A stretch of 64,000 nucleotides of DNA from Macrostomum lignano (Eukaryota), in the NCBI GenBank assembly GCA_002269645.1, contig NIVC01000143.1, forward strand, positions 62,001 through 126,000. Reading direction: 5' to 3'. Below the pieces are notes generated by a model that worked only from the letters and a program-made list of their open reading frames with translations, did no database searches and was not told the DNA's origin. The position numbers and the translations under genes were made by a program. Positions 35,751 to 64,000 of this stretch are shown here, piece after piece (the first letter of the stretch is position 1; every line of letters starts with the position of its first letter).

Positions 35751-38194
35751 TTCTCAGAGATCTCATGAGAGTCCAGACACCCCGTTCTCAGAGATCTCAT
35801 GATAGTCCAGGGCGCCCCGTTCCCAGAGATCTCATGAGAGTCCAGCACACCCCGTTCTCAGAGATCTCATGAGAGTCCAGACACCCCGTTCCCAGAGATC
35901 TCATGATATTCCAGGGCACCCCGTTCTCAGAGATCTCATGATAGTCCAGCACACCCCGTTCTCAGAGATCTCATGAGAGTCCAGCACACCCCGTTCCCAG
36001 AGATCTCTTGATAGTCCAGCACACCCCGTTCCCAGAGATCTCATGATAGTCCAGGACACCCCGTTCTCAGAGATCTCATGAGAGTCCAGCACACCCCGTT
36101 CTCAGAGATCTCATGATAGTCCAAGGACGCCCCGTTCTCAGAGATCTCATGATAGTCCAGGGCACCCCGTTCTCAGAGATCTCATGATAGTCCAGCACAC
36201 CCCGTTCTCAGAGATCTCATGAGAGTCCAGCACACCCCGTTCCCAGAGATCTCTTGATAGTCCAGCACACCCCGTTCCCAGAGATCTCATGATAGTCCAG
36301 GACACCCCGTTCTCAGAGATCTCATGAGAGTCCAGCACACCCCGTTCTCAGAGATCTCATGATAGTCCAAGGACGCCCCGTTCTCAGAGATCTCATGATA
36401 GTCCAGGGCACCCCGTTCTCAGAGATCTCATGATAGTCCAGCACACCCCGTTCTCAGAGATCTCATGATAGTCCAGCACACCCCGTTCAGAGATCTCATG
36501 AGAGTCCAGACACCCCGTTCAGAGATCTCATGAGAGTCCAGACACCCCGTTCTCAGAGATCTCATGATAGTCCAGCACACCCCGTTCTCAGAGATCTCAT
36601 GAGAGTCCAAGGACGCCCCGTTCTCAGAGATCTCATGAGAGTCCAGCACACCCCGTTCTCAGAGATCTCATGAGAGTCCAGACACCCCGTTCCCAGAGAT
36701 CTCATGATATTCCAGGGCACCCCGTTCTCAGAGATCTCATGAGAGTCCAGCACACCCCGTTCTCAGAGATCTCATGAGAGTCCAGCACACCCCGTTCCCA
36801 GAGATCTCATGATAGTCCAGCACACCCCGTTCCCAGAGATCTCATGATAGTCCAGGGCACCCCGTTCTCAGAGATCTCATGATAGTCCAGCACACCCCGT
36901 TCTCAGAGATCTCATGATAGTCCAGGGCACCCCGTTCTCAGAGATCTCATGAGAGTCCAGCACACCCCGTTCTCAGAGATCTCATGATAGTCCAGCACAC
37001 CCCGTTCTCAGAGATCTCATGATAGTCCAGCACACCCCGTTCTCAGAGATCTCATGAGAGTCCAGCACACCCCGTTCCCAGAGATCTCATGATTGTCCAG
37101 CACACCCCGTTCTCAGAGATCTCATGATAGTCCAGCACACCCCGTTCTCAGAGATCTCATGATAGTCCAGGGCACCCCGTTCTCAGAGATCTCATGATAG
37201 TCCAGCACACCCCGTTCTCAGAGATCTCATGATAGTCCAGCACACCCCGTTCCCAGAGATCTCATGATAGTCCAGCACACCCCGTTCTCAGAGATCTCAT
37301 GATAGTCCAGGGCACCCCGTTCTCAGAGATCTCATGATAGTCCAGCACACCCCGTTCCCAGAGATCTCATGATAGTCCAGGGCACCCCGTTCTCAGAGAT
37401 CTCATGATAGTCCAGGGCACCCCGTTCTCAGAGATCTCATGATAGTCCAGCACACCCCGTTCTCAGAGATCTCATGATAGTCCAGGGCACCCCGTTCTCA
37501 GAGATCTCATGATAGTCCAGCACACCCCGTTCTCAGAGATCTCATGATAGTCCAGGGCACCCCGTTCTCAGAGATCTCATGATAGTCCAGCACACCCCGT
37601 TCTCAGAGATCTCATGATAGTCCAGGGCACCCCGTTCTCAGAGATCTCATGAGAGTCCAGACACCCCGTTCCCAGAGATCTCATGAGAGTCCAGGGCACC
37701 CCGTTCTCAGAGATCTCATGAGAGTCCAGGGCACCCCGTTCTCAGAGATCTCATGAGAGTCCAAGGACACCCCGTTCTCAGAGATCTCATGATAGTCCAG
37801 GGCACCCCGTTCCCAGAGATCTCATGATAGTCCAGGGCACCCCGTTCTCAGAGATCTCATGAGAGTCCAAGGACACCCCGTTCTCAGAGATCTCATGATA
37901 GTCCAAGGACGCCCCGTTCTCAGAGATCTCATGAGAGTCCAGACACCCCGTTCCCATAGATCTCATGAGAGTCCAGCACACCCCGTTCCCATAGATCTCA
38001 TGAGAGTCCAGCACACCCGTTCCCATAGATCTCATGAGAGTCCAGCACACCCCGTTCCCAGAGATCTCATGATAGTCCAGCACACCCCGTTCTCAGAGAT
38101 CTCATGAGAGTCCAAGGACGCCCCGTTCCCAGAGATCTCATGAGAGTCCAGGGCACCCCGTTCTCAGAGATCTCATGAGAGTCCAGGACACCCC
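35751..38194. repeat. 35-bp minisatellite (ccccgttctcagagatctcatgatagtccagcaca), ~2.4 kb
   Basis: About 70 contiguous units with no spacers; internal palindromes GAGATCTC and TCTCATGAGA. Confidence 0.95.
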
Positions 38195-38969
38195 AATGGC
38201 AAAAATCCTTAAGATGCGTTATTTAGTTAATAGTTCCAGACTAAACAAACACTACTCATAGGAGTACTTAAACTGCTTTCACAAGCAACAGGTGTTGGGT
38301 TCATTTATTATTATAATGAAGACTTAAAACTTATTCTATACCCTATTGTTTACCTACCTGTTAACGATTACCAACTTGTTTTTTTAATGAAAAATAGTTG
38401 TTTCACTGTATTATAGTACTACTTGTGAAATCAGTAGTCTGTGCAAGTTGCAGTGATGCAAAAATTTTGACCCTATCTCAGGTATTGTGCCTGTTGCTGT
38501 AATATAAAATATGTAAGTATAAATTATTTGAGATAAACTACTAAATTGTCTGTGATTTTCTATACCTACTGCAAGTAGTGTTTATAGTGTTATCTTTAGC
38601 CCAGGCTTTAATCTTATCGATGCCTTACTCCGAGCACAAGCTTGTGTAGTGCATGTACAGAACTGGCAATTATTCATAAATAATACATTATGTATTATAG
38701 CAAATTTGCTTTTAACTGCTAAATAATGCACACCATTTTCACTGTTGATTAGCAGCAATTAAAATATATTAAATTGATCAATTGAGTTCAGTTTTATTAA
38801 CGTGTACATAATGTTTCCAAACTTAAAGCTTAAATTGAGTCATAAAATAGCTCTTATTTGCGGTTTTTTATTTCATACATATAGTTCAGCTGACGCAGCC
38901 GCTGTATGAACTTCCATTGTGTTCGATCGCTTGGGAATCGGGAAACTGTTTCACTAAACATGGCAAATT

Positions 38970-39762
38970 GCTGGGCCAGTCTCCCAGATCCCCAGTTGCT
39001 GGGCCAGCCTTCCAGATTCTCAGTTGCTGGGCCAGCCTCCCAGATCCTCAGTTACTGGGCCACCAGCCTCCCAGATCCTCAGTTGCTGTGCCAGTCTCCC
39101 AGATCCCCAGTTGCTGGGCCAGCCTTCCAGATTCTCAGTTGCTGGGCCAGCCTTCCAGATCCTCAGTTACTGGGTCACCAGCCTCCCAGATCCTCAGTTG
39201 CTGTGCCAGCCTCCCAGATCCTCAGTTGCTGGGCCAGCCTTCCAGATCCTCAGTTGCTGTGCCAGCCTCCCAGATCCTCAGTTGCTGGGCCACCAGCCTC
39301 CCAGATCCTCAGTTGCTGGGCCAGCCTTCCAGATCCTCAGTTGCTGGGCCACCAGCCTCCCAGATCCTCAGTTTCTGGGCCAGTCTCCCAGATCCCCAGT
39401 TACTGGGCCAGCCTTCTCTCAGTTGCTGGGCCAGCCTCCCAGATCCTCAGTTACTGGGCCACCAGCCTCCCAGATCCTCAGTTGCTGTGCCAGCCTCCCA
39501 GATCCTCAGTTGCTGGGCCAGCCTTCCAGATCCTCAGTTGCTGGGCCACCAGCCTCCCAGATCCTCAGTTGCTGGGCCACCAGCCTCCCAGATCCTCAGT
39601 TGCTGGGCCACCAGCCTCCCAGATCCTCAGTTGCTGGGCCACCAGCCTTCCAGATCCTCAGTTGAAGGGCCACCAGCCTCCCAGATCCTCAGTTGCTGGG
39701 CCAGCCTCCCAGATCCTCAGTTGCTGGGCCAGCCTCCCAGATACTCCGTTGCTGGGCCAGCA
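38970..39762. repeat. 28-bp minisatellite (gccagcctcccagatcctcagttgctgg) with +cac length variants
   Basis: Tandem units read directly; generates repetitive ORFs in all three plus frames. Confidence 0.93.
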
Positions 39763-40449
39763 CCCCGGATCAACAAGTGGTAGCTTTAACTCCACTCTAG
39801 CCATTCTAGCCATAAATCTCCACTCTCTCCTCACCAGTTTAAGTTAGAGCTTTGTGACGCAACTTGCATCACCTACAGTTTGGGCGAGAACTTCTAGCGT
39901 GTGTTAATTGAGTCAATTGGTTCGAAGAGGAAAGTGAAGATAAAAGAATTCATCCGTTTTCTAAGACTATCAAATAAGTTCTAAGTTATCAATGATAAAC
40001 ATTCCGTCATTATTCATTGCCATGCAGTTTCAATAGGTGTTAAATCAAAAGTACACGGCTAACTTTATTGCAGAAATGTTTGAGTGTGTTGTGTACTCCT
40101 TATAATCAGACCATTTTCCGCGTAAATATTGTTTTTTTAATAAGTTAGAGAACAGTGAGTCAGCAGCCATTTACCCCCCTCTTTCAATGCTCAACTAGCT
40201 TTAAGTGTGGAGGTCAAAATTCGTTGTCTGTATTGAAAGCCGATAAAAACAAGGGGTGGGTGCGGAATGCTAATTGAGGCTATTTTTAGTGTATATAGTT
40301 TTACAGTCAGCCAGTCAATACAACTGCAAAACCCCCCACCCTCCACCCAAGTCCAGAAATCTTACTCTAGCCTGTCATTTGGTTAAGACCCCCCGTAGGG
40401 CTTTGGCTGCCACACCCTCCTCTTAGTATTGGGGTGGAGATCGCAGCCA

Positions 40450-40635
40450 CGTCAGCCAATCAGCGAGCTCCGCGGCCTCAAACCCTTCTTACCCTTTAGG
40501 CCTTATTTTGGCTCGCTGAATCACCCCACCAGCTTGAAATCTCTTACCCTCCCCCGTCTGCCGATTGGCTGTGGAATTGAGCTTCGCAGTCTATAAATAC
40601 TGACCAGCATGACGCACAAATTATCTCACTATCAT
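40450..40635 (+). promoter_or_regulatory. Pol II promoter of the GYGKKDY gene
   Basis: CCACGTCA plus CCAAT (40456-40460), inverted CCAAT (ATTGG 40564-40568), TATAAA at 40592-40597 and an Inr-like TCATTC about 35 bp downstream, ~70 bp before the ATG. Confidence 0.7.
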
Positions 40636-40705
40636 TCATTTATTCAATTAACTGTACTTTCGCGCCTAATTAATTAATATTGCGTCTTGATTTACTGCAC
40701 CAATA

Positions 40706-41671
40706 ATGCGTCTGGTTGTGCTATTCGCCTTGGCCACAGTGGCCCTAGCCGGCGGCTACAATAGTCGCGAGGACTACGAGAAGCTCTATTACAAAGACGA
40801 TTACAAATATCCAGTAGCAACTTATGGTAGCTACAAGACCTACGACAAGAAGGACGACTGCTACGACAAGAAGGACGACGGCTACGGCAAGAAGGACTAC
40901 GGCTACGGCAAGAAGGACTACGGCTATGACAAGAAGGGCTACGGCGAGAAGGATTACGGCTACGGCGAGAAGGATTACGGCTACGGCAAGAAGGATTACG
41001 GCTATGGCAAGAAGGATTACGGCTACGGCAAGAAGGACTACGGCTATGGCAAGAAGGACTACGGCTATGGCAAGAAGGATTACGGCTACGGCAAGAAGGA
41101 TTACGGCTACGGCAAGAAGGATTACGGCTACGGCAAGAAGGATTACGGCTACGGCAAGAAGGATTACGGCTACGGCAAGAAGGATTACGGCTATGACAAG
41201 AATGACTATGGCTACGGCAAGAAGGACTATGGCTATGGCAAGAAGGACTATGGCTATGGCAAGAAGGACTATGGCTACGGCAAGAAGGATTACGGCTACG
41301 GCAAGAAGGATTACGGCTACGGCGAGAAGGATTACGGCTACGGCAAGAAGGATTACGGCTACGGCGAGAAGGATTACGGCTACGGCAAGAAGGATTACGG
41401 TTACGGCAAGAAGGATTACGGCTACGGCGAGAAGGATTACGGCTACGGCAAGAAGGATTACGGCTACGGCAAGAAGGATTACGGCTACGGCAAGAAGGAT
41501 TACGGCTACGGCAAGAAGGATTACGGCTATGCCAAGGACTACGGTTACGACTACAGCGATTACTATGGCGATTACTATCCTGGCTATGCCGATATCTACG
41601 GCTACAACGATTATTACGGCGGCTACGACAAGGCGTACGGCTACGGCAGCAAAAAGAGCTACCGAAAGTGA
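40706..41671 (+). CDS. Secreted Tyr/Lys/Gly-rich repeat protein, (GYGKKDY)x30, 321 aa, intronless; candidate eggshell/adhesive/sclerotisation protein
   Basis: Signal peptide MRLVVLFALATVALA|. 30 heptads (40880-41524) whose variation is largely synonymous, with conservative K>E changes. Unique Tyr-rich N- and C-terminal flanks; upstream TATA box. Confidence 0.9.
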   Translation: MRLVVLFALATVALAGGYNSREDYEKLYYKDDYKYPVATYGSYKTYDKKDDCYDKKDDGYGKKDYGYGKKDYGYDKKGYGEKDYGYGEKDYGYGKKDYGYGKKDYGYGKKDYGYGKKDYGYGKKDYGYGKKDYGYGKKDYGYGKKDYGYGKKDYGYGKKDYGYDKNDYGYGKKDYGYGKKDYGYGKKDYGYGKKDYGYGKKDYGYGEKDYGYGKKDYGYGEKDYGYGKKDYGYGKKDYGYGEKDYGYGKKDYGYGKKDYGYGKKDYGYGKKDYGYAKDYGYDYSDYYGDYYPGYADIYGYNDYYGGYDKAYGYGSKKSYRK

Positions 41672-42132
41672 ACAGTTGCTGTGCGAACTCCATTTTAATA
41701 GTAGATTAGCGCGTTTGCTAAGTTAAATTGTCGATCGAACCGTTTATTTAGCAATTTTGTTTTTGAAAATATAAACCCTATGCTATAAACTTAAGCTTTC
41801 TGTTGTCTTGGTCTTCAATTTTTAAAACTATAGCGAGAGTGCCTACGAGTAATAGAGCTTGGGAAAGAATATCTCATAGAAATATTGCTTCGTTGAGCTT
41901 TTGAAAGCTCCATATAGTATTTATATATCTATAAAGCTATATACTAGCTAATATAGGGTTACTTGCAGTTGATTGCTTTGTTAAATGACACAAACTAACG
42001 CTTTTACATGTAAGAAGAAGCTTTGATGACAAGTTGTTTTATATTTCGAGTATACTTCAAATTCATGCACTTTTTAACCAGCTAATTACTCTTAGTTACC
42101 TGGGCACAGAAAAAGCATCCATCTTACACCTA

Positions 42133-42670
42133 AATGAGCTCCTCGAGATCCCAGACAGCCACAATGAGCTCCTCGAGATCCCAGACAGCCACAATGAGCT
42201 CCTCGAGATCCCAGACAGCCACAATGAGCTCCTCGAGATCCCAGACAGCCACAATGAGCTCCTCGAGATCCCAGACACCACAATGAGCTCCTCGAGATCC
42301 CAGACACCACAATGAGCTCCTCGAGATCCCAGACAGCCACAAAATAGCTCCTCGAGATCCCAGACAGCCACAATGAGCTCCTCGAGATCCCAGACAACCA
42401 CAATGAGCTCCTCGAGATCCCAGACACCACAATGAGCTCCTCGAGATCCCAGACAGCCACAATGAGCTCCTCGAGATCCCAGACAGCCACAATGAGCTCC
42501 TCGAGATCCCAGACAGCCACAATGAGCTCCTCGAGATCCCAGACACCACAATGAGCTCCTCGAGACACCAGTATGAGCTCCTCGAGACAGCATAATAAGC
42601 TCCCAGACACCACAATGAGCACCCAGACACCACAATGAGCTCCCAGACACTGAGACACCACAGTGAGCTC
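42133..42670. repeat. 30-bp minisatellite (aatgagctcctcgagatcccagacagccac)
   Basis: About 17 tandem units with 28-30 bp variants. Confidence 0.92.
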
Positions 42671-42979
42671 CCACACTTCAAAATGAGTGTAATTTCCCAC
42701 CGAGTCAATGCTTTCCACAAACCAAAATCCAGTTGACTGGTTTTAGAACTCCCCGTCTGAACCAATGGCATGCATCCGAGAGCATATGCACAGCTTGAGC
42801 CAATAGGAGCTATCGCTGTCACTTTATTGGCTAGCCGGCAGTCATACAGAATCGTATATTAAAACTGAATCCCGGTTTATAGCTAAGCCAAGGAAAGGAA
42901 GCTTGGGGAAAAATTTAATAACGAAACAACAGACTTTCGACATGAAAAGAATACCCCAATATATTCGGTTTCGTTGAAG

Positions 42980-62996
<20,017 letters not shown>

Positions 62997-63029
62997 GTGA
63001 GAATGTAGGGTTTTAATTGCTTTGTTTCA

Positions 63030-63885
63030 CTTGTCACTCAGTCCTGTTCTCACTGCTTCCATCTTGTCACTCTCATTCTCATTGAGTTACTCTTATATTC
63101 TCATTGTGTCACTCCTATTCTTATTTTTCTCTCTAATTATCGTTGTGTCACTCTTGTTCTCATTGTGTCACTCGCATTCTCATTGTGTCACTCTATTATC
63201 GTTGTGTCACTCTTGTTCTCATTGAGTCACTCGCATTCTCATTGTGTCACTCACATTCTCATTGAGTCACTCGAATTCTCATTGAGTCACTCGCATTCTC
63301 ATTGTGTCACTCTCTTTCTCATTGTGTCACTCGCATTCTGATTCTCATTGAGTCACTCTCATTCTCATTGTGTCACTCACATTCTCATTGAGTCACTCGA
63401 ATTCTCATTGAGTCACTCGCATTCTCATTGTGTCACTCTCTTTCTCATTGTGTCACTCGCATTCTCATTGATTTACTCTTATATTCTCATTGTGTCACTC
63501 TCCTTCTCATTGTGTCACTCTCCTTCTCATTGTGTCACTCTCCTTCTCATTGTGTCACTCTCCTCATTGTGTCACTCGCATTCTCATTGATTTACTCTTA
63601 TATTCTCATTGTGTCACTCTCACTCTCATTGAGTCACTCTTATTCTCATTGTGTCACTCTCATTCTCGTTGTTTCACTCTCATTCTCATCGTGTCACTCT
63701 CACTCTCATTGTGTCACTCTCATTCTCATTGTATTACTATCATTCTCATTGTGTCACTTTCATTCTTGTTGTGTCCCTCTAATTCATATTGTCACTTTTA
63801 TATTCTCATTGTGTCACTCTTATATTCTCATTGTATCACTCCCATTCTCATTGTGTCACTCCCATTCTCATTGTGTCACTCCACA
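63030..63885. repeat. Degenerate ~18-20-bp minisatellite (attctcattgtgtcactc)
   Basis: Read directly. Confidence 0.88.
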
Positions 63886-64000
63886 ATGCCAGCACACTGT
63901 ATACTATACAGAGCCGAGGCTTCGGTTAAATAGTCACTTTTTTAGCCTTTCCATGCCAGGTGAAGTGCAGTAGTCAGACCCGAGACACATACTTGACCTG

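Noticed and set aside
35751-38194. CRISPR-like array (35-bp partly palindromic repeats)
   Set aside because: Units are contiguous with no unique spacers, no cas genes are present, and the context is eukaryotic.
40692-41726. Long ORFs in the other frames over the GYGKKDY gene (RRITATA and SCRSRNP repeats)
   Set aside because: By-products of a 21-bp coding repeat; third-position variation is silent only in the 40706 frame, which also has the signal peptide and promoter.

Overview
Eukaryotic (metazoan) genomic DNA. A flatworm such as Macrostomum is my inference, from a flatworm-type cox1 fragment and the extreme minisatellite load. Bases 1-21577 are one head-to-tail array of eight Helitron-derived units, all on the minus strand. 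One unit is an apparently intact autonomous element encoding an 8-exon, ~1561-aa Rep/helicase; the others are non-autonomous derivatives, one carrying a 38-bp TIR-only hAT insertion. A DD34D mariner with one premature stop follows. Then come a divergent gene pair, ZBBX-like (minus; its introns hold a tiny cox1 NUMT and a SINE remnant) and MOSPD1-like (plus), separated by a hAT MITE and a CpG-poor, TAGGCCTA-rich domain. Next are a tRNA-derived SINE and an intronless gene for a secreted (GYGKKDY)30 Tyr/Lys/Gly protein with a clear TATA/CCAAT promoter. Finally, five phase-compatible exons of an unidentified type II membrane protein are scattered among about 20 unrelated mini/microsatellite arrays. 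Most long ORFs in the supplied track beyond 33 kb are repeat artefacts. Exon structures were derived by hand from GT-AG sites and reading-frame phase, not from transcripts.
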